A DNA stretch of 64,000 nt from Pseudomonadota bacterium (GTDB taxonomy: Bacteria; Desulfobacterota; Desulfobacteria; Desulfobacterales; JBDRRP01), in assembly GCA_043825735.1 (NCBI GenBank), contig JBDRRP010000125.1, positions 1 through 64,000 of the forward strand. Direction: 5' to 3'. The position numbers were made by a program, and so were the translations under genes. Positions 21,360 to 31,055 of this stretch are shown in pieces. Under the pieces are notes generated by a model that was not told the DNA's origin, made no database searches, and saw only the letters and a program-made list of their open reading frames with translations. Numbering within the stretch: the first letter of the stretch is position 1; each line of letters opens with the position of its first letter.

Positions 21360-21938
21360 TCAGTCCCCGTTGCAGGCAGCGTTGTAAGCGCGGCTCACAT
21401 TCTGGGCGCGCCATCCCCCTTTACCGGAGAATGTGGGCACCGCCCGCGCGTTCAGATACTGGGCGATGGCTTCAAAACTGCTGCCGTCGTTTCGCATGTT
21501 GCGGATGGTCGCAACGGTTCCGGCCCGCGCGTCATCGCCTTCCGGGCCGTCTGAGACATCTTCAAGACAAGTATCTGCCGTGATCAATGGTTCAGGTGCT
21601 GTTTCGTTTTTCAGTGACGGCGGGGTGGCAGGTGCCGTCGCCATGAGGTCTTTTGCGTCCGGCGCCATCGCTTGCAGGCTTCGCGCGATCCGCTCCAGGG
21701 CTTCGGCTGCACGCTCCTGGGCGATACGGGCCAGTTCCGTATTGTCGTTCAAGGACTGGAGCAGCGTTTTGATTTCGCCCAGTTCAGGAGAAGCGACCGG
21801 TTTGTTCAGGTTTCCGTTTCGCTTGTCGCGATTGCCGCCGCGCTCACCGTTGCGATACTGGGGTTTGTCGAAGTTTTTGCGATTGCGATCCTGGCGTTTG
21901 AGCGTTCCGTTTCGCAGACTTTGCAGAAAGTCGTTCAT
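21360..21938 (-). CDS. Hypothetical protein with C-terminal recombinase-type DNA-binding helix motif
   Basis: AAGGAG RBS; C-terminus GSSFEAIAQYLNARAVPTFSGKGGW..NVSR. Confidence 0.7.
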   Translation of the reverse strand: MNDFLQSLRNGTLKRQDRNRKNFDKPQYRNGERGGNRDKRNGNLNKPVASPELGEIKTLLQSLNDNTELARIAQERAAEALERIARSLQAMAPDAKDLMATAPATPPSLKNETAPEPLITADTCLEDVSDGPEGDDARAGTVATIRNMRNDGSSFEAIAQYLNARAVPTFSGKGGWRAQNVSRAYNAACNGD

Positions 21939-22236
21939 TTTAACTCCTTAAGGGTTGCAGTCGATGGCCGCTGTCTCATCGAATATGCGCACTATGGTTG
22001 GATCGTCATTGACCGCGCAGGGCTCTGAGCCTCTGAACGTGGCGAGGTGCGCGTGCGGCCATTCGGTAGAAAAATGTTGATATCATCAATGCCATCGGTA
22101 ATGTCAAGCGAAAACCATGCAGGGTTCCATTTATACTATTGTCCCTTTTCAGGAATACTTGAGCGTTCCGGGGGGAGGGGGGCGGCGACTTTTTTTGTGT
22201 TTATGAAACGAATGTGCTAATGGGGGGCCGCGCTGG

Positions 22237-22893
22237 ATGGCAAGTGATATGCGTTCAAAACGGGTCAAACATGTGGGGTGCTTTCTTGGCGAACCCGTGG
22301 GTGTCATGGCTGACAGTCATGGCAGTGCCGCGGCCATTGCCGCCGCCCTGGCGATATTTGCCGCCAATGGATGCCGCCGGGTGGTCCATCTGGGTGATAT
22401 CTGTGACTCCGAATCACCGGCTACGGCCAACGCTGCCACGCGGCCACTGATGGACGCCTCGGTGCTGACGGTGATGGGCAACAACGAGCACGCCGTGCTT
22501 CAACGCGCTGGGACACAATTCGAGATCGACGTCAGGGTTCGGGCATTCATGGCCACCTTGCCGCTGCAGATTGAGACAGAGGGACACATTTTTGTCCACA
22601 ACCGGCCGTTTCCCGATCGGTTGGGGGTATCGTGCCTGATGGGGGAAATCACCGCCGCGGACTGTCGCCGGATAGACCGTCGGTATCAGGGCGTTGTGCT
22701 TTTCAGGGGGCACGCTCACCAGCCGTCGGTGTGCCATAGCGCTCTTGGCCCTATTCCCGGGGGGAGCACGGCCGGCGAAACGGTGGTCCTGACCTCGGGT
22801 GACAACTGGGTGGTTACCTGCGGCGCGCTGCAAACCGGCTGGTACATGATCTGGCACCCGGGCCTTCGCGCGCTGACAGTTTGTCGGTTGTGA
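22237..22893 (+). CDS. Calcineurin-like metallophosphoesterase
   Basis: DSHG, HLGD, GNNE, GHAH motifs; start uncertain. Confidence 0.85.
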   Translation: MASDMRSKRVKHVGCFLGEPVGVMADSHGSAAAIAAALAIFAANGCRRVVHLGDICDSESPATANAATRPLMDASVLTVMGNNEHAVLQRAGTQFEIDVRVRAFMATLPLQIETEGHIFVHNRPFPDRLGVSCLMGEITAADCRRIDRRYQGVVLFRGHAHQPSVCHSALGPIPGGSTAGETVVLTSGDNWVVTCGALQTGWYMIWHPGLRALTVCRL

Positions 22894-22932
22894 CATCAGG
22901 GTGCCACGAGCGGCCAAAAGGAGAGAAATCGG

Positions 22933-23187
22933 ATGGAAGATCAACGCGGACGATTCTATTACCCCTATCCCCAGAACCACCGCATCCGAATGTACGTCCG
23001 GAAAGTGGATGCTGACATTTGCTTCCGGCTATGGGATGCCAATGACGCGACCCTGTGGGATACCCACGGCTGGGTGCCTTTTACCGCCATCAAACAGGCC
23101 ATGACCCTTTACCAGGGCAAGGGTTTTGATCCGGCCACGGCTTACGATATCCGCGTAGCTGCGGCGGTGCTTTCTGACGATCGCTGA
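22933..23187 (+). CDS. Hypothetical protein (84 aa)
   Basis: AGGAG RBS; aromatic-rich ORF (YYPYP..RMYVR..FRLW..W..HGWVP). Confidence 0.7.
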   Translation: MEDQRGRFYYPYPQNHRIRMYVRKVDADICFRLWDANDATLWDTHGWVPFTAIKQAMTLYQGKGFDPATAYDIRVAAAVLSDDR

Positions 23188-23324
23188 AGACTTGCCAGCA
23201 CCTGTTCCCACCACTGGCGCACCGCCCCCCGGGCACGACTGACATGGTATGCCGCCTGGGATATGGCCATGTCCCGGCCAAACCGGGTGGTCATCTCCAT
23301 CACTTTCCTTTCGATGGTATTCAT
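23142..23324 (-). CDS. Possible small protein (60 aa)
   Basis: ATG after AAAGGA; overlaps the 3' end of the convergent gene; no family recognised. Confidence 0.3.
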   Translation of the reverse strand: MNTIERKVMEMTTRFGRDMAISQAAYHVSRARGAVRQWWEQVLASLQRSSESTAAATRIS

Positions 23325-23689
23325 TGCCGGTATCCTTTCGATCTGTGTTCCTGTTTTGGGGGTGAGCGGCCCCCCGTGAGGCAACTCTATGGCAGGGCTG
23401 TGACAGATGCGGTCACACTCATGAAAAAGATTTCGATGCGTTTTTTGGGCGGCCGATGGAAAGGAGGGCACCCCTTCCCGGAGGGCGACTGATCTGCGTG
23501 TGTGCGGGCGCTAAGGACTGATGACGATAGGGCGGTATTGAGCAGAAGTGGCAGAAAACGCAGCGCGGCAGGTGCAAAGGCACCGAAAAGACGTAATTTC
23601 GGATATTTGCTTGACAACGAAACGATTTTATTTAATAAAAACAGTATGCTTGACAGAGCGTCGGAATATTTGCAAAGGAGCAGGCAGTT

Positions 23690-23977
23690 ATGACACTGAC
23701 CAAGGCCCAAATCATCGAAGCATTTCAGAGTCGGATGGGATTTACCAAAAATCAATCAGCGGACATCGTGGAATCGATTTTGGCCATTATCAAGCAAACA
23801 CTTTCCGATGGAGAAGATGTCCTGATCAGCGGTTTCGGAAAGTTTTGCGTGAACGACAAGCAGGAGCGCCGAGGGCGCAACCCTGCCACCGGGGAAGATA
23901 TGATGCTCTCTCCTCGCAAGGTCGTCACCTTTAAATGCTCCGGCAAACTGAGAGACAAACTGAACGGGTATCGGTAG
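23690..23977 (+). CDS. ihfA: Integration host factor subunit alpha (HU/IHF family)
   Basis: MTLTKA, ISGFGKF, GRNPATGE, VVTFK.SGKL. Confidence 0.88.
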   Translation: MTLTKAQIIEAFQSRMGFTKNQSADIVESILAIIKQTLSDGEDVLISGFGKFCVNDKQERRGRNPATGEDMMLSPRKVVTFKCSGKLRDKLNGYR

Positions 23978-24086
23978 GTTTCCCGCCGTGTATCGACTGT
24001 CAGGCAATGGGCGCGCGGCGGTTATCCCCCATCAGTGACAGCCAATCAAAATACCCCACTCAACGCTGCCAGAGCGGCGGTTTATG

Positions 24087-24114
24087 CCCCCCCCCCCCCC
24101 CCCACACACACACA
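24087..24114. repeat. C17 homopolymer followed by a short (AC)n tract
   Basis: Read directly from the sequence. Confidence 0.9.
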
Positions 24115-24297
24115 ACTGAAGCACCGTCGCCGTCGCGCTCTGAGCGTGCCTTGAGTACTTGTCAAAAATTATGTTCCGTGTCATTCGCAAGCCGCTCTCG
24201 TGGTCGGGATCTAAATCGATGTTTTCTGCGGACGCCTGCGACACCCTTTCATAGGAGCACTGAAACGGTTTTACCACAATGGCGCTAACGGGCCCGG

Positions 24298-25194
24298 TCA
24301 GGTCATGGACAGCAGAAACGAGCGCAGGTTGGACGGGGTGTTTTTTAATCCGAATTTTTCCCGCAGATTTTTCCGATGGAAATTCACGGTGGTGAGGGAA
24401 ACATTGAGGATATCGGCGATTTCCTTGCTGCCTCTGCCGTCCCGAACCATGGCGGCCACATGGATTTCCTGCGGGGTCAACAGGGCGTTGGCCGTTGAGA
24501 GGCGCTGCAGGAACGGGGAAATGATGTCCTGCAGGTGCTCATCGACGATGCCGACCAGGGTTTTTTCACGGGGAGACAGACGGGCCGCCTTCAGTTTTTC
24601 CACGTAAGGAAAGACCAGTTCCTTGACGTTGGCCAGTACTTTCTGCTCGAGTTCGATGCGATCAGACTCACGCTGTTTGAGCAGGACTTTGAGCGCGATG
24701 TTGGTTTCTTCGAGGCTGTTTTTCTGCTCTTCGAGCTCCTGCTCCCGTTGTTGCAACGTTTCTTCGGCCAACTTCAGCGCAGTGATATCTTCGTGACTGA
24801 TCACCAGGCGCATCGGTGCGGACCCTGCCATCCGGATGACACGCAGATAGTACCAGTGTTTTCCGGTGGGGCCGTGGCAGGGGTAGTCGTAGAGAAACGC
24901 TTCCATGCGTCCGCTGATGACATCGCGAATGCCTTGGGCCACGGCATGCGCGTCTTCAGCCGCATCACCGGCAGTGCGGTCACAGATTTCCAGGTAGTTG
25001 ACGCCGATGGCATCCTGATGTGATTGCATGCCATTGGTGGTTGCAAAGGACCGCCACGCGCGGTTGGTTTCGAGGATGACGCCGTTTTCATCGAGGATGG
25101 CGATGTGAGCGGACATGGAGTTGAGCACCGTCTGGGCGATGGGATCTGAAAACCCGTCTTCCGGGCGGCAGGCATTGTTGATCGTCGCTTCCAT
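24298..25194 (-). CDS. PAS-domain LuxR-family transcriptional regulator
   Basis: PAS (IAILDENGVI..N.AW..YPCH), coiled coil, LTPQE..KEIADILNVS..TVNFHRKN HTH. Confidence 0.88.
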   Translation of the reverse strand: MEATINNACRPEDGFSDPIAQTVLNSMSAHIAILDENGVILETNRAWRSFATTNGMQSHQDAIGVNYLEICDRTAGDAAEDAHAVAQGIRDVISGRMEAFLYDYPCHGPTGKHWYYLRVIRMAGSAPMRLVISHEDITALKLAEETLQQREQELEEQKNSLEETNIALKVLLKQRESDRIELEQKVLANVKELVFPYVEKLKAARLSPREKTLVGIVDEHLQDIISPFLQRLSTANALLTPQEIHVAAMVRDGRGSKEIADILNVSLTTVNFHRKNLREKFGLKNTPSNLRSFLLSMT

Positions 25195-25434
25195 GGTGCG
25201 CTTGTTTTCCTTTCGCTATCAGCGGGCGGCTGCCGAGGGGTATCACCACTGCATGCCCAATGATAGGCGCTCATGAAACAAAACGCAATCTGCTTTCCCG
25301 AGCTTTTAAAAACGGACCCAATCCATTCAGCGCATAGTCCGCGTGTGCTGTGACGACACGCACAGCGACATCACTGATCGGCGTTACAGTAAAAACTTTT
25401 CATGCCGTCATGGCCGCCCGGCGGATTGGCCGGC

Positions 25435-25869
25435 CTATTCGTCATAGCTGATACGGGAACTGCTTCCGGGGGTGTTGTTGATCCGGTACTGGGGGGTATC
25501 GGGGGTATTGTCGAGGGCCCGGCGTTCCTTGAAATCCGAGAGGCGAACGCGCCGGGTGCCAGCGATCGGTTTGTCAGGGGAGCGTGCGGAGTTCAGTGTT
25601 TCAGGAGTGTCGTGGCGCTCGGCCGCTCCGGGGTTGTCGACCACGACCACGGTTTCTCCGTTGACTCGGATCAGTCGGCGGGTGGCTGCTGCGGCATCGT
25701 TGTCGCCAGTGCGGATTTTAAAATCCCCGAAATTGCGAATCTTGCCGTTGATGACCACCCGGCCTTTGTCCACGAGGCTGGCGTTGCCGTAGACGCCCTC
25801 GGCGCCGGCGTGACGGGCGCTGAAAGTTATAAAAATGACGCAGATGATCGTAATGGTAAATCGATTCAT
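25435..25869 (-). CDS. Hypothetical secreted protein
   Basis: Signal peptide ending AGA-E; sigma28-type promoter upstream. Confidence 0.6.
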   Translation of the reverse strand: MNRFTITIICVIFITFSARHAGAEGVYGNASLVDKGRVVINGKIRNFGDFKIRTGDNDAAAATRRLIRVNGETVVVVDNPGAAERHDTPETLNSARSPDKPIAGTRRVRLSDFKERRALDNTPDTPQYRINNTPGSSSRISYDE

Positions 25870-25911
25870 GACGGCCTTCTCGATCTTGTGTGAGCACCTT
25901 GTCCGAAAATA

Positions 25912-25938
25912 ATATCGGCCTGCCAGGGGTTTACTTTA
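25912..25938 (-). promoter_or_regulatory. Sigma28 (FliA)-type promoter
   Basis: Minus strand TAAA-N15-GCCGATAT. Confidence 0.7.
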
Positions 25939-26182
25939 GGGTAGATTTGCCACAGATAGCGATGATCGCATCATCCGTGGCGTTGCCACTGTTTTTGATC
26001 AGGCCGGTAAGCCGGTGCTTGAATTTCAGTCGACATTCAAGATCGCAAAAAATATTCAAATAAGAAAGAAATCATAGCGCGTATTTCTGAACAGCAAGTT
26101 GTTAGCGCCGCAACATCTCGGACCTTTGATCGGAAAGAAGAAACACACGGCGGACCGGCCCAATATCTGAAGAGGCAATGCC

Positions 26183-26871
26183 ATGACCAGCATTCCAGAC
26201 GATTCGTATCCTGCGACTTCCATTCAGCCATCGCTCAATTATGTAACCTGCCCCGGTGCCAGTAAGACCGATCCGCAGACTCACCGCATGGCGTATTGGC
26301 AGTGGGGTGATGCGTCCAATCCGCGCATCCTGATGTGCGTGCATGGGCTGAGCCGTCAGGGCAGGGACTTCGACGCCCTGGCAAGCAGCCTGTCAGACCG
26401 CTATCAGGTGATCTGCCCGGATGTGGTCGGTCGGGGCCGTTCAGACTGGCTGGCGGACCCCAAGGGCTATGAGGTGGTTTCGTACGTGTCGGACATGGTG
26501 GTCTTGATCGAACAGGTGCGCGCACGCCGGAACAATGGCTGGCGCTGTCGCGGCCCTTGCTGCGCCCGGCGCCAGACGGCCGGGGGCTGGCCCTGCACTA
26601 TGACCCGGCCTTGGCCGAACCCTTCAAGGCCATGAGCGCCGAGAGCGCCGCCGGTGGTGAAGCCATGTTGTGGCAGATCTATGACGCATTGACCTGCCCG
26701 GTGTTGCTGTTGCGTGGCAAAAACTCCGATCTGCTGGACAGTGACACGGCCCAGGCCATGACCCGGCGTGGGCCAAAGGCCAGACTGATCGAATTCGATA
26801 GTGTGGGGCATGCCCCGACATTGATCACTCCCGATCAGATGGCGCCTATTCAGGCGTTTCTGCTTGCATGA
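26183..26871 (+). pseudogene. Alpha/beta hydrolase with internal deletion and frameshift near 26521
   Basis: N-terminal part has CVHGLSRQGRDFD and CPDVVGRG; C-terminal part in another frame has LLRGKNSDLL..VGHAP; no GxSxG nucleophile motif in either part. Confidence 0.8.
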
Positions 26872-27239
26872 ACTGCTTGTAGGCCACCCAGGCAAATGCG
26901 CACCGGGTAGAGCGACACGGCCGATTCCTGGCACTGAGGGTGTGGGAGCGTTCGGTTCCGGCTAAATGGGCATGGTCGTGAAGCCTTGGTCGGGGTTCAG
27001 GGCAATTCCGGTCGATATGCTATATCGGCTCGGATTCTGATCGCTCCCGCAGGTGATGAAAACACCGCTTAGCGTGGACAGAATCCAGTCGGCCGGCAGC
27101 GATCCTCAAAAAGAGGCCCTGCCATCATATTGGACCGTGGGGCCAGCCGGCAACCTGGCATGCATCGCGCCGAATTGCATTTGGAGGCGGTGTTTCTTAC
27201 CAAAAGCCGCAAGACCGCGTCAAGCATCTCAAGCGTTTA

Positions 27240-28934
27240 CTATTGCGCCGCCGTCGTGCCCTGGACCCGGTAGTTGAATTCGTAGGACAGGGCGCCGCTC
27301 CATTTTTCTTCGAACACATCCTTGTATCGGGTGCCTTCCGCCGGCCCCACCGGTTTGCCGTAGGTGTAAAACCAGTTGACGATGGGGCTGCCGGTGAACC
27401 CCAGCACGATCCAGTAAGTGCCGGGAGACAGCAGCGGCGATTCGCGGCGAAAGTCGAATGTTTCCCACCGGTAGCCGGGGCGGGTGGATATGGTGCCGAG
27501 ATCCAGCAGGTCGCTGGCGGCGAACACCTCGCCGGGCATGCCGCCCGCGTCAGTGCGAAGCTCCACCCACAACATGCCGGCGCCGCCGAAATTGTGCAGC
27601 GCGAGGGCAATCTCTTCCAGTTTGACCGGTTTTTCAAGAATCGTCGCCTGGGCGTACTGGGTGGCTTTGGTGGTGACGTATTCGGCGCTTTCCACCAGAA
27701 AATTGCGGGTCAGCTGGTCGGCGCCTGAGATCGCTTCCCCGCTCCGGGGAAAGGCGAAATCGACATCCACCGGGAAGGAGAGATTGCCGAAGAGAAACGG
27801 TTTTTTGAAGTCCAATTGTTTCAGCCGGGCCATGGCGATGGGGATCGGTTCCGGCTGGAGGCTGGCGGCAATGGCCTCAAACGGAGATGATACCTGCGGG
27901 CAGAGCAGCAGGTTGCGGGGGCCGTACTCCTGGCGACGGCCGGTGATGGTCACCCGATCGGAGGTAAAGTCGGCGGAGATGCTTTCCTGAAGTTGGGGGC
28001 GGGCTGCGGTGGATCCGTAACGGCTCCAGCGCAGCAGACCGTCATTGATGGTCTCCTTGTTATCCACGCCGACTTCCAGACGGATATAGCGGTTGGGGAT
28101 GAACAGTTCGGTCTGCTGGGGGTCAAAGGGCACCCAGTCCAGATCCGGAAACCACACTTCGATCCATGAGTGCCGCCCCTGGGCCATTTTGAAGGTCAAC
28201 GGGCCGGTATCCCGGCTGATGTCGAAGGGACGATTGAGGGTGATGCCGTTGACGATGCGCGCAGGAATGCCCACCACCCGCATGAGCGCCGCGGCCAGGT
28301 GAGAGAAGTTCTGGCAATTGCCCTTGCCGCTGGTGAAAGCGTACAGCGCGTCGTAGTGTTCGGGCGGGTTGACATATTTAAGATTGTCCACCACCCAGGA
28401 GAGGATGCGTTGGACCGCATCGAACTGGCTTTTGGCCCCGGCGGTCAGTTGAACGGCCATTCGGCGAATGTCCGGGTGGTCGCTTTGGACCTGTGCCGTG
28501 GGGCTCACGTAATCGGTGAGCCGCGGGGGGACGGATGTCACGGGAAAGGGGGCGCTGGTGTTGAGCCGGTCGAGCTGAGTGCGGGTGGCGGCGGTGAAAG
28601 TCAGACGCGCTTCTGCCCGGTCGGGCGGTTGCTCCCAGACCGCACTCACCACGATGTTCCCCCGTTGATCGGTTTCACGGGTTTCCTTTGCCGGCGGCGG
28701 TGTGAACACCAGACGGATGTCGGAGGCATCCATGCCGTAGGTCGGGGAGTTGTAGGTTTCGGGCATCACGAAGCGCAGCTCCAGGTTTTTGAGGCCGGCA
28801 GCACCGGTGATCTGTTGCTGGAGCGTGTAGCGGATGCCTGAATTCATGCCGCCGCTGACTTCGTAGTTGGCTGCCGGCGCAACTACCGGTACCAGTAACA
28901 GGATCATCGTCACCACCCAACCGCTCATTTTCAT
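27240..28934 (-). CDS. Secreted transglutaminase-like domain protein
   Basis: Signal peptide; Cys-His-Asp motifs GNCQNF, HSWIEV, FDP. Confidence 0.85.
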   Translation of the reverse strand: MKMSGWVVTMILLLVPVVAPAANYEVSGGMNSGIRYTLQQQITGAAGLKNLELRFVMPETYNSPTYGMDASDIRLVFTPPPAKETRETDQRGNIVVSAVWEQPPDRAEARLTFTAATRTQLDRLNTSAPFPVTSVPPRLTDYVSPTAQVQSDHPDIRRMAVQLTAGAKSQFDAVQRILSWVVDNLKYVNPPEHYDALYAFTSGKGNCQNFSHLAAALMRVVGIPARIVNGITLNRPFDISRDTGPLTFKMAQGRHSWIEVWFPDLDWVPFDPQQTELFIPNRYIRLEVGVDNKETINDGLLRWSRYGSTAARPQLQESISADFTSDRVTITGRRQEYGPRNLLLCPQVSSPFEAIAASLQPEPIPIAMARLKQLDFKKPFLFGNLSFPVDVDFAFPRSGEAISGADQLTRNFLVESAEYVTTKATQYAQATILEKPVKLEEIALALHNFGGAGMLWVELRTDAGGMPGEVFAASDLLDLGTISTRPGYRWETFDFRRESPLLSPGTYWIVLGFTGSPIVNWFYTYGKPVGPAEGTRYKDVFEEKWSGALSYEFNYRVQGTTAAQ

Positions 28935-29197
28935 CGCATCACCTCATCGGTTTTGGTTGATGCCATGATGTTACGAGCAATGACGGACGATTGCAAGATT
29001 TGGTCGGTGCGGGCGACTATCAAGAAATGACGCAACGGTTGGGGGGCAAACGACAGTAGCCCGGCATCGGCATTCTACCGAACCGGGCACTGTCATGGGA
29101 CCGGAGGAGGTATCCAGTGTCCACTCGAATCAGTCGCAAGTCCGTGACGGATCCTTAAGACGATGATATTTCTCTGCTTTCCGGGGCGTCGCGATCA

Positions 29198-29725
29198 TTA
29201 GGCCGCTTTTTGCAGCAACTCGATTTCCTTGCGAGCCAGGACGCAGTCGATATCCAGCAGGATCTTGACCCCGCCTTCCATTTTGGCCATCCCCAGAATG
29301 TAGCTGGTGTCCAGTTTGGTGCCGAAGGTGGGGGTGTCTTCGATATCCGTACCGCGGATGTTGAGCACTTCAGACACCGAGTCTACCACGATACCGATTT
29401 CCACATGTCCGTTGTGGCTGTCCACTTCCACGACGATGATGCAGGTGCGCTCGGTGTAGTCGATCTCCTTCATGCCGAACCGAAGACGCAGATCGAGCAC
29501 GGGAATCACTTTGCCCCGTAAATTGATCACGCCTTTGACAAATTCGGGCGTCTGCGGAACAGAGGTGATGGGCATCATGCCGATGATCTCTTTGATTTTA
29601 AGAATGCCGATGCCGTACTCTTCATTGGCGAGGGTGAAGGTGAGGTACTTGCCTTCACGATCGGCCATCACTTTTGTCGCCTGGTCGATGGTTTCACGAA
29701 TGTCTGCCATGGTTTCCTCCGTCAC
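29198..29725 (-). CDS. cheW: Chemotaxis protein CheW
   Basis: YLTFTL..EEYGI, KGVINLRGKVIPV.DLR, GIVVDSVSEV; start may be 29710. Confidence 0.95.
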   Translation of the reverse strand: MTEETMADIRETIDQATKVMADREGKYLTFTLANEEYGIGILKIKEIIGMMPITSVPQTPEFVKGVINLRGKVIPVLDLRLRFGMKEIDYTERTCIIVVEVDSHNGHVEIGIVVDSVSEVLNIRGTDIEDTPTFGTKLDTSYILGMAKMEGGVKILLDIDCVLARKEIELLQKAA

Positions 29726-29802
29726 GGATGCCTACAATTTGAGAGTTTCGAAATACCGATTTGCCATCGGCTGCTGTTAGGTATGTTTCCGTTCTGGAAT
29801 AA

Positions 29803-29829
29803 TTATCGGCAGGCGTGCGGAGGGCTTTA
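29803..29829 (-). promoter_or_regulatory. Sigma28 (FliA)-type promoter of cheW
   Basis: Minus strand TAAA-N15-GCCGATAA, an exact consensus match. Confidence 0.85.
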
Positions 29830-29885
29830 GGAAAAATGTTTGCAGTCTAATCTCAAAGTCCGAATTTTTTCAGTGAACCCCGATG

Positions 29886-30047
29886 TTGACAAATTCGCAA
29901 TAAAGCAATTTTCTCGCACCAGTCTTCGCTCTGCGAGCTACGCCCGACAAGAAGACGCCAACCGCGCCAATGAAAAATAATTTAATATCGGTGTGTTAGC
30001 TTTGTGATTTTGGCGGCTCTGCGAGAGATCCCGGCTTTTTACGGCCC
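29886..30047. repeat. Family D element, inverted copy with small insert
   Basis: Reverse-complement similarity to 1387-1520; insert with CTTCGCT..GAGCTACGCC at ~29919-29951. Confidence 0.6.
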
Positions 30048-30092
30048 GTGGCGTTGCGCGGCGTCCGAACACCAATCATGGCGCGTGTCGCC

Positions 30093-30269
30093 TTACCCCT
30101 TACTGCCTTCAAGTGCCCGCTGCAGCATTTCTTTTTCCGCCCGGGCGGCGCGGAGGCGTTCATTCAGAGCCGAGCGTTCAACCGGTGCGGCATCGGCCAA
30201 TGCGGCCTCAAGGGCTTCAACTTCCCGAATCAGTCGGTACAGGTCCCGGGCCAGCAGTTGGATGCTCAT
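30093..30269 (-). CDS. Small coiled-coil hypothetical protein (58 aa, below the ORF-track cutoff)
   Basis: MSIQLLARDLYRLIREVEALEAALADAAPVERSALNERLRAARAEKEMLQRALEGSKG; GGAG RBS. Confidence 0.65.
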   Translation of the reverse strand: MSIQLLARDLYRLIREVEALEAALADAAPVERSALNERLRAARAEKEMLQRALEGSKG

Positions 30270-30396
30270 GGGTAGGCTCCGTCTATGGGATCGTGGCTGT
30301 GGGTTTTGGATAATGCTCGCGCAATATTACTAATTGAAAAACATGTTGCCAAGTAATATATTGGCCGTGATCGACAGGCATGCAAGGAGGTGTACC

Positions 30397-30993
30397 ATGG
30401 CACCACCCGCTGATGACGACGATACCAAATCGGGGCGAATTCGTCAGCCTTCTACAGAAGATCTCCGGGGAAAGCAGTCCGTTCGTGCAACATTCAAACT
30501 GTCTCCACGTGCCATCACGGCCATCAGTGTGATGTCGCTGCATCTGGGAATCAAACAGAAATCCCTTTTCGATCACCTCATGGACGACCCGGAGGCCCTC
30601 GACGCGATCTCCAGGAGCCTTGCCGGCGATGCCCTGGCATCCGTGAAACGGGTGCAGAAGACGTATGTATTGAGCCGCAGCGCACTCGCCTGTCTGGAAC
30701 GGGCGGTAAAGGCGTTTGGTGCCCCGCGGGACGCTCTGGTGGAGTTTTCCATACAGCGGCTTTTACCGCTCATCGAGCAGGAGCGGCAGCGGCACACGCG
30801 GCGCAAGGAAGTGCTCGAGCGGTTTCGCGACCATGTCAAGCAGGGCGAAGACTTACTGGATCACGCCCGCCAGCGTCTTGGCGCTGATGACCCGGTATGC
30901 GATCGTCTCGAATCCGCGCTCAATGCCAATCTTTTGGCCTACCGTCACATCGTCGAGTTCATCGAGAAGGGAAACGTAATCGACGATTTCTAA
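30397..30993 (+). CDS. Hypothetical protein, possible tandem ribbon-helix-helix regulator
   Basis: AAGGAGG RBS; two beta-alpha-alpha-like units (SVRATFKLS.., VQKTYVLS..) plus helical tail. Confidence 0.65.
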   Translation: MAPPADDDDTKSGRIRQPSTEDLRGKQSVRATFKLSPRAITAISVMSLHLGIKQKSLFDHLMDDPEALDAISRSLAGDALASVKRVQKTYVLSRSALACLERAVKAFGAPRDALVEFSIQRLLPLIEQERQRHTRRKEVLERFRDHVKQGEDLLDHARQRLGADDPVCDRLESALNANLLAYRHIVEFIEKGNVIDDF

Positions 30994-31003
30994 CAGGCTG
31001 TTG

Positions 31004-31053
31004 AAAAACGGCACCCTGAAAGTCGTGAACGTGACTTTCAGGGTGCCGTTTTT
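31004..31053. terminator. Bidirectional intrinsic terminator
   Basis: AAAAACGGCACCCTGAAAGTC-loop-GACTTTCAGGGTGCCGTTTTT between convergent genes. Confidence 0.88.
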
Positions 31054-31055
31054 GA

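Noticed and set aside
23399..23417. TGTGAC-N7-GTCACA as a CRP/FNR site
   Set aside because: Spacing does not match TGTGA-N6-TCACA and it is a single copy; it may be another operator but is unsupported.
26500..26560. Programmed frameshift joining the two hydrolase halves
   Set aside because: The nucleophile-containing segment is missing altogether, so a frameshift would not restore an enzyme; no slippery site seen.
29040..29100. c-di-GMP riboswitch near cheW (GGCAAAC)
   Set aside because: Lacks the rest of the GEMM pattern and lies 3' of cheW; better explained as a terminator-like hairpin.
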